From: Ascoidea asiatica JCM 7603
Lineage: Eukaryota; Fungi; Ascomycota
Direction: 5' to 3'
DNA length: 64,000 nucleotides
Assembly: GCA_001600695.1 (NCBI GenBank)
Contig: BCKQ01000005.1
Location: 494,093-558,092 of the forward strand
This document shows, in pieces, positions 26,078 to 37,601 of the stretch; position 1 is the first letter of the stretch; every line of letters begins with the position of its first letter. A program made the position numbers and the translations under genes. A model generated the notes under the pieces. It did not search any database. It was not told where the DNA came from and worked only from the letters and a program-made list of their open reading frames with translations.

Positions 26078-28222
26078 CTAGTTTTGATTTTCCCTATCAT
26101 TTTCATAATTCTGATGACGAAAATGCTGTTCTTCCAAACTCATTTGCATCACTCTTCGTAAAACAGCAGAATCATCATCTTCTAAACTAATTGACCTTGC
26201 TAATGCAGTTCCGTCAATAAGATCTTTGTATAGTTCAGCATTTCCAACAATAGGTGGAAGAACATCAAAGTCATAAACATCCATGGACCAAACTTGTTCA
26301 GGAATTTTAGCCATAATGCTATTTTCTCCTGATAATATTGAATATCGAAGCAAATTTAATGGAATAAGGCTTGAATCCTCAACTTTATACTCGTCTATAA
26401 TATGGAGAGAATCATTGAAAAAGCGTGATAAATTTTTTTCAAGGAAATCAATATACTTTGCTTTATTCCATATAATCTTTGATCTTGCCATATAAACTTC
26501 AGTGGCTATTTCTATTTCAGCAGAGGCTTGAGTTGCTCTTTTATCCAGGATAAAGTTTTTATGTATTTTCCCTACTTTACTTAACATTTGAAAAGCAGTA
26601 TATGGATATTTTATAAAAGCTTTTTTAAGTGAATCTTTAGCCTTTTCTTCTTCATTTATATTTAAATAAGCCAAAACCAAAGAAAATGCAATTGATGGAG
26701 TATACCATCTTTCATAACATAAAGCTAAGGGACTATTTGCAAAATCAATAATGTATTGATATTCTTCAGCCATTAATGCGTAAAGATCAATAAAATATCT
26801 AACACCATATGGATCCTCTTTTGGAGATAAAGATAATAGAAGCTTACAATAATTAAATGCAGTGAAATATGTTCCTTGTCTTGCCAAAGGTGTAATATAT
26901 CGAAAAAGTGCCAAATAAAACTGACGATTTAAAAAATAATCAAATGGTAATCTAACCAAACCTTTACCTAATTCAAAAGTTCGTTTGAAGCCTCTATCAA
27001 AAATAAACAAAGCCCTTTCAATCAAACCATTTGCAGGTGCATTCTCATTTTGACGACTTAAAATTGAAGCCACTTGTAAAACAGTTTCTACATGATAAGG
27101 ATGAGTTCCTAAATGAGCAATTAATGCTTCATGATCAGGACGAAGAACCACGTTCATATAAAAATTAGCATTTGCTTGAGCACTTGATGGTGATCTTTCG
27201 AATTTAAAATATTTAATTCCTAGGTTAGACTCAGATTTAAATATTGAATCAGTTGCATCAATGGAATTATCTGAATTTTGATCTGAGAAAATATTAATTA
27301 ATTTTTCTATTTTTACTTCTGACATTGATATTTCTTTTCTAACTGTAGGAATCCAATCATCTTTTATTTTAGTTAAAATTAATTTTCTAGATGTTCCCGG
27401 TATAGATCTTCTATCTCTTCCTGCCCAACCTTTAACTAACCGTTGTAATTTTTTAATTTCCTTCAAATGCTCAGGTAATATAAAACTAGATGTAACAGCA
27501 TCAGCATCTCTAATTGCATCTTCTGATAAATCACCAAATAATTGTTTAAATTCTCTATCTGGATCGAGATCTCGTGGATCCAACTGTAATAAAGAAAGGG
27601 ATTGTTTTTGTCTGTTTATAGTAAAATTGAAAAAATATTTATCAACGATTTTTGATGGAATTATATCATCAAGTTCAGTTAAAAAATTACTTTCATCATT
27701 TTGTTTTAAGTTATTTTCTTCATTAAATTCTTTTAAAATGGTCTCAATATCCTGATCATGATCTTCGTTTGATTCAAGTGAAGAAGCTTTAGTAAAGTCG
27801 GATTTTCCATTATTTTTAATTTTATTTTTACTCTTTTTCTTTTTATTTTTATTTTTACTTTTCTTTTTTTTTGATGAAGATTTAGTACTATCATAATGAT
27901 TCATTTCCTTTAATAGTGATTCCACTTTTTTATCACTTATATCATTTTCAGTTTCTGAATTTTCTTCTTTATTTTCTTCATTATTTTCTTCTAATTCATT
28001 TTCAACGTCATCAAGTAAATCAAATACATTGAAAGCATTTTTTTTTATACTTTTAACTTCATTTATTTCATACTCTTCACTACCATCACTATCTTGCTTG
28101 TTTTGAATTTGACTATTTTCATTAATTTCATTAACTTCTAGGTTTTTTTCATTTTCTTGGATTTTTTTCATTCTTTCAGCTTGACGCCTAAGCTCAAGCT
28201 TTCTAATATTCCTGCTGCTCAT
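26078..28222 (-). CDS. RQC1: Ribosome quality control subunit Rqc1/TCF25
   Basis: MSSRNIRKLE start, polybasic patch, HPYHVETVLQ, LIERALFIFD, LNRQFYLALFRYI, KLLLSLSPKEDPYG. Confidence 0.93.
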   Translation of the reverse strand: MSSRNIRKLELRRQAERMKKIQENEKNLEVNEINENSQIQNKQDSDGSEEYEINEVKSIKKNAFNVFDLLDDVENELEENNEENKEENSETENDISDKKVESLLKEMNHYDSTKSSSKKKKSKNKNKKKKSKNKIKNNGKSDFTKASSLESNEDHDQDIETILKEFNEENNLKQNDESNFLTELDDIIPSKIVDKYFFNFTINRQKQSLSLLQLDPRDLDPDREFKQLFGDLSEDAIRDADAVTSSFILPEHLKEIKKLQRLVKGWAGRDRRSIPGTSRKLILTKIKDDWIPTVRKEISMSEVKIEKLINIFSDQNSDNSIDATDSIFKSESNLGIKYFKFERSPSSAQANANFYMNVVLRPDHEALIAHLGTHPYHVETVLQVASILSRQNENAPANGLIERALFIFDRGFKRTFELGKGLVRLPFDYFLNRQFYLALFRYITPLARQGTYFTAFNYCKLLLSLSPKEDPYGVRYFIDLYALMAEEYQYIIDFANSPLALCYERWYTPSIAFSLVLAYLNINEEEKAKDSLKKAFIKYPYTAFQMLSKVGKIHKNFILDKRATQASAEIEIATEVYMARSKIIWNKAKYIDFLEKNLSRFFNDSLHIIDEYKVEDSSLIPLNLLRYSILSGENSIMAKIPEQVWSMDVYDFDVLPPIVGNAELYKDLIDGTALARSISLEDDDSAVLRRVMQMSLEEQHFRHQNYENDRENQN

Positions 28223-28931
28223 TTTCTTATTTTCATAAATTAAGTCTTATTATCATAAACTAAGAATAACATTAAAAAAAAAAATTTTAATATTTGCTTT
28301 TTATTTGATGATTTGATTTTGGTAACTTTTCAATTTTTATTTTAAATCAAATATGAAATATAAAATATAAAATAGCCAATGTTATACTCTATACGGGTAA
28401 ATTAATATTTATTGATTACACTATCAAAAGGGTTCTAAACCGCGAAATGAGTTCCGCAAAACTTGAGATAAAACTTCCAAACTTTTGTACTCTTCTTGAG
28501 GTGCTTTTACTAAAAAATTTGCTGAAAATATCACGTGCTTTAATAACTTCAAATGTCTTTTTTTCTATGGAGTTTCAATTATCACAAGCGGAATATTCTA
28601 CTGGAAACACTTCACGGTTTGGGAAGTAATATCCGTTTCTAGTTTGGTTTGTAGAGGGAGCAATTCAAAGAGCAAGAACCGCGGTCGCGGGTTGGTTTAC
28701 GGTTTTGCTTTCTCGCCAGCCGGAAAACTTTATTTTGGTGTTAACATTACTGTGCAGACCACCGTTTGTTAGACTCAAAAATTTATTTTTTTTAAAATTT
28801 CACTTTTTTTTAGTCTATTTTCAAAATAAAATTATTCAAAGGAGTTTCTAGAAAGCTATATTTCAAATTAGAAATATATAATTGATAATTCTCAAGAGAA
28901 AGAAGTACTGTGTTTTCAAAATATAATAAAA

Positions 28932-30062
28932 ATGGCTTCTAAAAAGAAATCAAAAGAAAAAGCAAAGGACTTTGTTAAACCAAAATTAAGGGTTGGAAAA
29001 TTAAAACCAAAACCAACAAACTATACTGATACTTCGTTTTCTTCAAGGAGTATAAAGCTTCCAACACAATTATTATTGTTGAATAATAAAGATAATGATT
29101 CACAGAAAAAACTTGAATTAGAAATAAAAAAAAATATTAGTTTATCTCATCATGCTTCTGCAATCAAAAGAAAAGAATCTTTGGCAGCTTTGAATAATTT
29201 TTTATTAGCAAAATTAGTGAATGAAATTTTTTATCAAGATTTAATAGACTCAACATCTAAATTAATTATCGATACAGATTCAAATGTTCGTAAAGAAGTA
29301 ATTAAAGTTTTTCAAAATCTTCCTTCAAAGAACTTACAATTAAAATGTAATACTATTATATTATATATATTGAGTGCTATGACACATATAAATATTGGAA
29401 TAAGAAATGATTCTACAATTATTTTGAATATTTTGTTAAGTGAAGAAAAAGATTGTTCAGATTTAATTGTTCGAAATTTTTGGGTTAAATTATTAAGGTG
29501 TTTTTTTACTTTATTTAATTGGCCTATAGATAGTGAAAATAATAAACTAACTGGAAATGTCTCCTTGGCAAATAGCTCAAGTTTTAAAAAAGCTTTAAAA
29601 ACTCATTTGAATTGTTTTGAAAATTTTATAAAAGAAGGAACAACATCAAAAATTATTGAAAGAAATATTGAAGATATTAATATAAATGATTTTGGTAATA
29701 AAAATCATCCATTATGTAAACAATACTTAATTCAATTTAATAATATACCAAATCCATTTTCTCATTTGAAACTATTTGATTTGAAAAGCAATAATAGTAG
29801 TAACAACAACAATAATAATAATAATAATAATAACCAACTTAATAATATCAGTATTAATGCAAACAACATTAATAGTGAAGATTTAGAAACCAGAAGAAAA
29901 ATATTTGTTGATATGTTTTCAGAAAGAGTTATTTCAGAATGTAATAATTTAATGAAAGAAGGAGGTGAGATTGGTAGAAGTTGTAAAAGTTTTATAACGT
30001 GCTTGAATCAAATAATTGAAGATGAAACTGAATTTAATAAAATGATTGGAACTTATTATTAA
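28932..30062 (+). CDS. IPI1: Rix1-complex pre-rRNA processing protein Ipi1
   Basis: KDFVKPKLRVGKLKPKPTNYTDTSFSSRSIKLPTQ; YILSAMTHI...IRNDS; KEGGEIGR. Confidence 0.92.
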   Translation: MASKKKSKEKAKDFVKPKLRVGKLKPKPTNYTDTSFSSRSIKLPTQLLLLNNKDNDSQKKLELEIKKNISLSHHASAIKRKESLAALNNFLLAKLVNEIFYQDLIDSTSKLIIDTDSNVRKEVIKVFQNLPSKNLQLKCNTIILYILSAMTHINIGIRNDSTIILNILLSEEKDCSDLIVRNFWVKLLRCFFTLFNWPIDSENNKLTGNVSLANSSSFKKALKTHLNCFENFIKEGTTSKIIERNIEDININDFGNKNHPLCKQYLIQFNNIPNPFSHLKLFDLKSNNSSNNNNNNNNNNNQLNNISINANNINSEDLETRRKIFVDMFSERVISECNNLMKEGGEIGRSCKSFITCLNQIIEDETEFNKMIGTYY

Positions 30063-30148
30063 AAATCTTTATTTGCCTATTATATATTGTATAGTATAAT
30101 TTAATATAATCATTTACTTTTTTTTTCTTTTTTCTTTTTTCTTTTTAA

Positions 30149-31936
30149 TTACTCTATATTTGAAGTTAGATTTGAAGTAATATTTGAAGTAATATTTGAA
30201 GTAATATTTGAAGTAATATTTGATTCAACCTTTGGTATATTTAAAGAAGAAGAATGATTTTGATTAATTTGAACTTCATTGGATTCATTAGAATCTAATT
30301 TTCGTTTTTTAGGTAATATTGGATCTAAATTATAATTCTTGAAAATTTGATTTAATAATTGTTTTTCATTCTGTAATTTTCTTTTTTTATTAATTATTGT
30401 AACATTTTTAATTTTATTTGATTTAATTAATTTGTTTTTATTTTGAAAATTTAATTGATTTTGAATAAAAATTTTTTGTTGTTGTTGTTGTTGTGAAGAA
30501 AAATTTGAAATTTTATTTGAATCTAAAGTATTAGTATTATTTAAAACTTTTTTTAAATCATTAATTTTTAAATTTAAATTTGATATAGAAGAATCTTTTA
30601 AATTATTGAATTTTTTAAGAAATTGTTGATTTATAATATTTCTATTATTTTTAGTATCATTTTTAATTAAATTATGATCATAATTAAATTTTATTTTAGT
30701 TTGATTTAATTCTTTTAAAAGAGAATTTAAAGTTGAATCTTTTGTTAAATTCTTTAAATTCTCTAAATTCTTTAAATTTTGTAAATTCTCATCATTTAAT
30801 TCATTTAAATTAAAGTTTGGTAAATTTATTAAAGATAATAATTGATTTAAAGATTGATTAATTTTAAAATGTAAAAAATTTTCATTATTACTTTTATTAT
30901 TATTAATAAAATTTGAAAAAGAATAATAATTAGTTGAAATATTTGAATTGATTTGATTAATTATAAATAAATATTGATTGATTCTTTTAATTCTTAAATT
31001 GTTAAAATCACTTGATAATAATTTATAATCATTAATAATTTTTTTTTGAAATTTTAATAAATCTAATTTATTTAAATTTTTTAAATTTTTTAGAAAAAAA
31101 TTTGAAATATAATCATAATTTAAAGGTATTGAATCGTCAAAAAGTGAAGAAGGAATAGTAGATGATGATTTCGAAAAATTGCTTTCAGTAATTTTATCTT
31201 TGTTGTTTTTATTATTAGTAGTATTATTAGTATTATTAGTATTTTTATTTTCTTTACCTTTTTCTTTACCTTTTTTTTTATCCTTTTCTTTATCTTTATC
31301 TTTCTGCTTAACTTTATTTGTATTTGTATTTGTATTTATATTTGTATTTATATTTGAAAAAGTATTTGAGTTTGTATTTTTGATTTTATTTATATTTATA
31401 TTTTTATTTTTAATTTTAATTTTATTTCTATGAAGATGATTTTCATTTATATTTGAGTGATTGAAATATTGATTTTTTTCTTTGCGGTGGTTTGCGAGTG
31501 GAATATTATCATCAGAATCATTTTCAAATTCACATTCGTCATCGTCTCCATAATCTTCTCCAGATTCATTCTCATTATCATTACCATTGTCATTACAATC
31601 AATTATATTTATGCTTTTGTCTTTATTGCTAATGGGTTTTTGATTATCATAATCAACATCATCATCATCATTGATGAACACATTCCTATTTGGTTTATTG
31701 TTACTCTGCTCATTATTATTCTGATTATTATTCAAGATATTATTCTGAATATTATTTTGATTCTGATTTTGATGAAGCTGAATCTGATGATTAGCGCCCT
31801 GAATATTCATCTCTTCATCAGAAGGTATATCTGGATCAGAACTGAAACCAGATTCTAGATCAGATTGGTAATTATTTTGCGAAGCCTGCAAAAAAAGTTT
31901 TCTATTTGACGGTATCCTTGAAGTAATTTTCTTCAT
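30149..31936 (-). CDS. Low-complexity protein with a degenerate Sds3-like (Dep1-like) coiled-coil region
   Basis: 595-codon ORF. DFNNLR and KFNYDHNLIKNDTKNNRNIINQQFLKKFNNLKD resemble Dep1 EFAELR and KYELSCINTETIATRTFIHQDFHKKVTDLR (recalled). Confidence 0.5.
   Translation of the reverse strand: MKKITSRIPSNRKLFLQASQNNYQSDLESGFSSDPDIPSDEEMNIQGANHQIQLHQNQNQNNIQNNILNNNQNNNEQSNNKPNRNVFINDDDDVDYDNQKPISNKDKSINIIDCNDNGNDNENESGEDYGDDDECEFENDSDDNIPLANHRKEKNQYFNHSNINENHLHRNKIKIKNKNININKIKNTNSNTFSNINTNINTNTNTNKVKQKDKDKEKDKKKGKEKGKENKNTNNTNNTTNNKNNKDKITESNFSKSSSTIPSSLFDDSIPLNYDYISNFFLKNLKNLNKLDLLKFQKKIINDYKLLSSDFNNLRIKRINQYLFIINQINSNISTNYYSFSNFINNNKSNNENFLHFKINQSLNQLLSLINLPNFNLNELNDENLQNLKNLENLKNLTKDSTLNSLLKELNQTKIKFNYDHNLIKNDTKNNRNIINQQFLKKFNNLKDSSISNLNLKINDLKKVLNNTNTLDSNKISNFSSQQQQQQKIFIQNQLNFQNKNKLIKSNKIKNVTIINKKRKLQNEKQLLNQIFKNYNLDPILPKKRKLDSNESNEVQINQNHSSSLNIPKVESNITSNITSNITSNITSNLTSNIE
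30155..30222 (-). repeat. 12-bp coding minisatellite (S-N-I-T) x~5 at the C-terminus
   Basis: Repeated atatttgaagta units. Confidence 0.85.
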
Positions 31937-33159
31937 CTTAGCGTAATAAGCAAAACTTTTTATAAATTAAAAAAGAGAATATGACTGGAGTTCAATAAAA
32001 TCAAAGTGAAATGAACAGAGACAAAAAAAATAAAAAGAAGAATAAAATAAAATTGATAGATATAGGTATATAAAGAAAGTTTGCTTTCAAAAAACGAGCA
32101 GTGTTGAATTAATATGGGTATAGCTTTTAATATTGGTGTATTAATGTGGGAAGTGAAGATACTGTCATACACACCAGCGTGGGACTGGTCGTATCCCATA
32201 CTAAAAAAGTACACAATTTTCAGATTTGTGCCCAGACGCGCTTCAAGGTAAGCAAGAGCATCTGGCTGTGTATATGCGTATATTAACGTTTAGAAACCAT
32301 ATTTTTGTATGCAGTACAACTAGGTGTGTAGGCTCACTTAAGCGTAAAGCTTCAAACTATAATATTTGACACGGACTTTCAAACGGCACTTTTAAATATC
32401 ATGTGATATTTCTATCACGTGCTTATTTTGCCGCGCAACGGTTGCACGGTGGATTCTGATTCCAAGTGGGTTCTGATTCCAGGTGGAAAAAACTGCACTT
32501 GAGCAAAAATGCTTCTTTATCATCGACAGAACGAGCGGAAGAAAACAAAAAACAAAAATCAAAAAGCATTGCGCACTGCAAAGTGTGAGAAGAAAATAAA
32601 TAGTCAATAACCAGTCAATTAACTAACTACTGGAGTGTAAACAATAGTGAATGAAAAGCACCAGAGAAATTGATTTTTCGAATCTCTCTATTCTTTATCT
32701 GAAAAAAAAAAATATATACATATATATTTATATGATATAATTATTGTAATATATTATAATTTATCAAAAGGATTATGCAATTTTCTTTTTTATCTTTTAT
32801 TGACTTCCATGATTTTTGTTTTTTTTTAATAGCATTCAACCTAGCATTTTGTTTTATTTATCCAGATTCCGTCTTTATAATATAGAATTTGCATAATAAT
32901 TATTCTATTCACCGTAATATAATCAATCAACTAATAATATAATCATAATTCATTTCAATTATCAGTTTCAAAAAGATTCATCAATCCTATTTTATTGTTT
33001 TTTTTTTTTTTGAAAGTTTGCCTCTTCCTGTATATTCAATTCAATTCACAATTAAGTAAATCCTAGTAAAAATATCGAGAAATCAATTTCAAATTTTTAC
33101 TTTTAGAATCAAATAAATATATATAGTATAAAAAAAAAAAAAAAAAATTAAAATCAATA

Positions 33160-36100
33160 ATGAGCTCATTTAGGTCTTCTAATTTTAGTCATCAAGAATA
33201 TATGGAAACATTAAAATTAATAGATTCCTTAAAAGTAATAGAATTAAAAAAAGTCAGTAAATCTTTAGGTTTACCTCAATCTGGTAGAAAAGCAGATTTA
33301 CAAGACAGAATTAAACATTTTTTTGAAACTGATAGAATTCAAGATAATCAAATACGTTTAAAAACATTGAAAATAATTGTAACAAAAGCATATGCTGGTA
33401 TAGAAGTGCCTTTATATTCCGATTTAGCTGATGATTCTCCAATATTATCTGGAAATACTAATTCCTTTTCATATAATTTATCCAATAATCATAATCATAA
33501 TATCAATAACACTTCATCCACTAGTTCAAATCTTTCTTCTTTTCCAATAAATAATAGAAGTTATTATGGACAAAATAATTTAAATTCAAATATAATTTCA
33601 ATCTCAAATGGAACTTCCAATTTAAATGCAATTTCAAATTCAATTTTAAATTCTTCTAAATCAAAAAAACAAAATAATGTTAAAAATAATACCAAAAATA
33701 ATGTTAAAAATAATATAAAAAATAATTTAAAAAATAATTCAACTTCTCATTCTGCTTCAAATCCATCAAAACCTTGGATTTATTTCAAAACTTCTCCCTT
33801 TTATACTTTAAAACGTTTAATTCATGGCTCTCCAAAATTTGCTTATAAAGCTCCTGATAATAGAGGTACATCTAAATTTGATTTTGTACTTTCTCAATCT
33901 GAACAATTATTATTAAGATCTGGTCCTCAATATCAATTAATTATTTTAAGTGGTATTTATACTCCAAAACATAATAAAGATGTTAATATTCAATTTCCTC
34001 AACCTTTGGAAATTCATTTCAATAAAATTTTAATTAAAGATAATGTTAAAGGTATAAAAGATAAACCTGGTACTGCAAGATTTGCAAATTTAACAAAACA
34101 TGTAAGAAATTCTCCTGCAAATAATTCTTTAGAATTAGTTTATGCTTTTTCAAAAGATGATTATCTAATTTATTTATTTATTGTTGAAATGATTTCTCCT
34201 ACAAATATTTTAAAAGATATTCAATCAAAAAATAAACATATTCTTTTTCAAACAACAAAAAATAGAATAATTAAAGATTATCAAGATGAAAATAATGATG
34301 ATGAAGATGATTTAATAGAAATGTCAATGAACTTAACTTTAAATTGTCCTTTAACTTATGGTAAAATGAAATATCCATGTAAATCTCTAAATTGTAAACA
34401 TGTTCAATGTTTTGATTGTTTAAATTTTTTACAATTACAAGAACAAGCTCCAACTTGGTCTTGTCCTATATGTTCAAGCAAAATTTCCGTTGAAACTTTG
34501 GCAATAGATGATTATGTACTAGATGTATTAAATAAAACTTCTGAAGATATTGATAGTGTAGATCTAAATCCTGATGGTTCATGGACTTTACCTAAAATTG
34601 AGGCTTTAAAAAAAGATTTAAATCATAATCATGAGCATTTAAAAAATGAAGAATATGATTCAGGTGATGATCCTTCAACATTTAATGGAACAGCTCAAGA
34701 AAAACATTCTATAGGAATTCTTGATGATTCAATAGAAAAAAGAAATGATAGTTCAGATATAGAAATTATAACGCTAGATAGTTCCGATGATGAAGAGCAA
34801 AATTCTCCAATAATTTCAACAACCCAAAATGCCAATAATGCAGATAAGACTCAAAGGCAGAATAGTTTTAACATCACTGATTTTGCTTCTCCGACGCCTA
34901 CAATTGATGGAGCTACTGCTAATAATAATCAACCAATAATAAATCTATCTTCCAGTGTTCTTGATGGATTATTCAACTCTTTAAATAATCCCACAACATT
35001 TGAAGAAAGCAACTTTTCAAATCCTATTAATAACCAATATATTAACGGAACAAGTCTAAATACTAATTTTCCTGAAAGTTTAACAAGAAACTCCCCCTCT
35101 GAGATTTCTATATTCCCATCTCCAAATTCTGGCTCAACACCTAATCCTCCTGATAATTCAACTATTGTAGACACTAATGCAAATTCTTCTAAGAATTTAT
35201 CGAATAGTATTTTCGAATCTAACAGGAAAACATCCATGTCTCCACATCATACTGAATTACATTCAAATCATGAGGGTACCCAAGAAAAAAGTGCTGTAAA
35301 TGAAGCAATAAATAATAATAATAGTTGTGGAAATATTTCTGAAAATATTGGTATACTTAATAGTATCTCTCAAATAAATAATATGCATAATTCCTTAAAC
35401 AGCAAAAAGTCTACCGATATCACTAAGGGAACTACTATTGGAACTAATGGTAAAATTGGGAAAAAAAATAACACGAATATCATAGATAGCTCAAATAATC
35501 CCAACAATTCTAGTGCTAATAATAAGCCATACGTTCCTTATGCACTAACTTTACCTCCATTAGAGCAAACTAATCATAAGGATAGTTCTGAAGATACTGC
35601 AGAAATCCGCTTAAGGAACTCAAGATATAATATCTTAAAGACAGGACCATATCAGTCCACATTCAAAAAAACATCAACAGCGTTAGATTTAAATAAATCT
35701 TCGCATCAACCCCTTTCTTTACCACCATTTTTAATGCGACCATCACATCCGTTTGGTTCAAGAGCTTCTTCATCCAACAGGTATAATCACAAAAATCATA
35801 ATCATCAACTTAGCACAAGTGATTCAAGTTATTCAACTCAAAGAAACTCCATAAATCATTCTCCTTATAAAAGTTCTGATTCTGGGTTAAAATCAAGTAA
35901 AGTGTACAACTTAAATTATCCAGAAAATAGACCTCTTTCAGGAGCACGTCTGAAATTCAATTCAAACAATATTCATTCCTCTACCAATAATACCAATAGT
36001 AATAATATTAATAATACTAATAATACTACTACTAATAATAATAATGATACTAATAATAATACAAATAAATCTAATAATACTAATGATAGTATCAATCATA

Positions 36101-37371
36101 ATGGTACTAATAAATCTAATATAAATAAAACTAACACAACTAACAATAATAATAATAATAATAATAATGATAATAATAATAATAATAAAAGCAGTAGTAG
36201 TATAAATAGCTTAGGCACCAACTACATCAATACTAAAAACGACCAAAATAAAGACCAAAGTAGAATTAAATATAGCTACGCTTCATTTTCTAATAGCGAA
36301 AATAATACTCGAAATACAAATGATCCTTTTGGCTGTCATGGAAAAGTAGTATCACTCAATTCTAATAACAATGGTTCCTTCAGTAATCCTAATAATGATG
36401 ATAGTAACTTTAATAATTCTGACAGGCATTCAAGGATCCCATTCATACCGTTTAATCAAGATAATTCTTCCAGAAATGGGTATAGTAGATATAGGCCTAG
36501 AGAAGAAGCCGGAAATGATCAAATGTCGCACTCGCAACCTTCTATTTATTCTGAGCGAAACTCTCCTGATCAAAATAAAAGACTAAAAATATCTTCGTTT
36601 CATTCTCAATCAGATAATAGATGCACGTCGAATACCTTGTTATCTACTAAGGCTTCCTCCTTTGATAAAAAAAAGCAATCAAATACTATTTCTATTGCTA
36701 AATCAGCTGGTGATAAAACTAATGGTGAAACACTTTCTCCGAACAAACCTCACTCTTCTTTATTGAATATTCCTCTTCCAAATTTAAATTTTCCTCCTCC
36801 TCTTCCTTCAAAAAACTCTTTATCTAAACCTCCAAGTCCGAACATGGCTTCTGATCAACAAAGTCCAAAAGTTACCACTCTCGCTCCACATTCATTTAAA
36901 ATTCAAGCTTCTAATGTCAACTCGCAAAAAAATTCTCATTTTTCTCCTTCTAGGTTCAAACCAGTAGTAAATAAAGAAAATGCAAAAAATGGGGGTGCTT
37001 CAAAAGTAGGAGTGTCTCCATTTGAAATGACTCTTAATAATGACTTTTCAAAAAAAGTAGTACATACTACTATTCAAAATTCAAAAAAAGGTACCAGCGG
37101 CAGTTCATCTGTTAATATAACGGCTTTACAAAAAGGAAGTAATAATCCATCAGATTTAGAAAAAAATAAAAAAAGGGGATTGGTGGCTTCAATTGCAAAT
37201 AGAGTTTCAAATGGGTCCATCTCCAGAACTTTAGATCCTCGAATTCACCGTAATTCAAATGAACTTGAGTCAAACTCAATTCAAAATAATAATCATTTAG
37301 AGAAACATGGAAAAAGAGGTTACAATGAAGTCATTGAATTATCATCCGATAGTGAAATAGAGTTGATGTGA
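33160..37371 (+). CDS. SIZ1: PIAS/Siz SUMO E3 ligase
   Basis: SAP domain (LKVIELK...SGRKADLQDRI), PINIT (FKTSPFY, QFPQP), SP-RING (CPLT...CKHVQCFD...WSCPIC), SIM IEIITLDSSDDEE. Confidence 0.93.
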   Translation: MSSFRSSNFSHQEYMETLKLIDSLKVIELKKVSKSLGLPQSGRKADLQDRIKHFFETDRIQDNQIRLKTLKIIVTKAYAGIEVPLYSDLADDSPILSGNTNSFSYNLSNNHNHNINNTSSTSSNLSSFPINNRSYYGQNNLNSNIISISNGTSNLNAISNSILNSSKSKKQNNVKNNTKNNVKNNIKNNLKNNSTSHSASNPSKPWIYFKTSPFYTLKRLIHGSPKFAYKAPDNRGTSKFDFVLSQSEQLLLRSGPQYQLIILSGIYTPKHNKDVNIQFPQPLEIHFNKILIKDNVKGIKDKPGTARFANLTKHVRNSPANNSLELVYAFSKDDYLIYLFIVEMISPTNILKDIQSKNKHILFQTTKNRIIKDYQDENNDDEDDLIEMSMNLTLNCPLTYGKMKYPCKSLNCKHVQCFDCLNFLQLQEQAPTWSCPICSSKISVETLAIDDYVLDVLNKTSEDIDSVDLNPDGSWTLPKIEALKKDLNHNHEHLKNEEYDSGDDPSTFNGTAQEKHSIGILDDSIEKRNDSSDIEIITLDSSDDEEQNSPIISTTQNANNADKTQRQNSFNITDFASPTPTIDGATANNNQPIINLSSSVLDGLFNSLNNPTTFEESNFSNPINNQYINGTSLNTNFPESLTRNSPSEISIFPSPNSGSTPNPPDNSTIVDTNANSSKNLSNSIFESNRKTSMSPHHTELHSNHEGTQEKSAVNEAINNNNSCGNISENIGILNSISQINNMHNSLNSKKSTDITKGTTIGTNGKIGKKNNTNIIDSSNNPNNSSANNKPYVPYALTLPPLEQTNHKDSSEDTAEIRLRNSRYNILKTGPYQSTFKKTSTALDLNKSSHQPLSLPPFLMRPSHPFGSRASSSNRYNHKNHNHQLSTSDSSYSTQRNSINHSPYKSSDSGLKSSKVYNLNYPENRPLSGARLKFNSNNIHSSTNNTNSNNINNTNNTTTNNNNDTNNNTNKSNNTNDSINHNGTNKSNINKTNTTNNNNNNNNNDNNNNNKSSSSINSLGTNYINTKNDQNKDQSRIKYSYASFSNSENNTRNTNDPFGCHGKVVSLNSNNNGSFSNPNNDDSNFNNSDRHSRIPFIPFNQDNSSRNGYSRYRPREEAGNDQMSHSQPSIYSERNSPDQNKRLKISSFHSQSDNRCTSNTLLSTKASSFDKKKQSNTISIAKSAGDKTNGETLSPNKPHSSLLNIPLPNLNFPPPLPSKNSLSKPPSPNMASDQQSPKVTTLAPHSFKIQASNVNSQKNSHFSPSRFKPVVNKENAKNGGASKVGVSPFEMTLNNDFSKKVVHTTIQNSKKGTSGSSSVNITALQKGSNNPSDLEKNKKRGLVASIANRVSNGSISRTLDPRIHRNSNELESNSIQNNNHLEKHGKRGYNEVIELSSDSEIELM

Positions 37372-37601
37372 TTTTTTTTTCGTTGAAATTAGAATCACCT
37401 CATCACACGTATTTCATTTTTTTTATTTTTGTTTACTTTCTTTCTTTCAATTTTCTTTTAATACGATTTTTTTTCTTACTAAATGTAATCTTATCATTTC
37501 TCTGTATTATTAAGAAGGTATAAGTGTTTATGAATATTTTATCTTTTAAAAAGCTATAGAACAAATAAACAAGTCCAAAAGACAACTCAAAAATAGGACC
37601 C

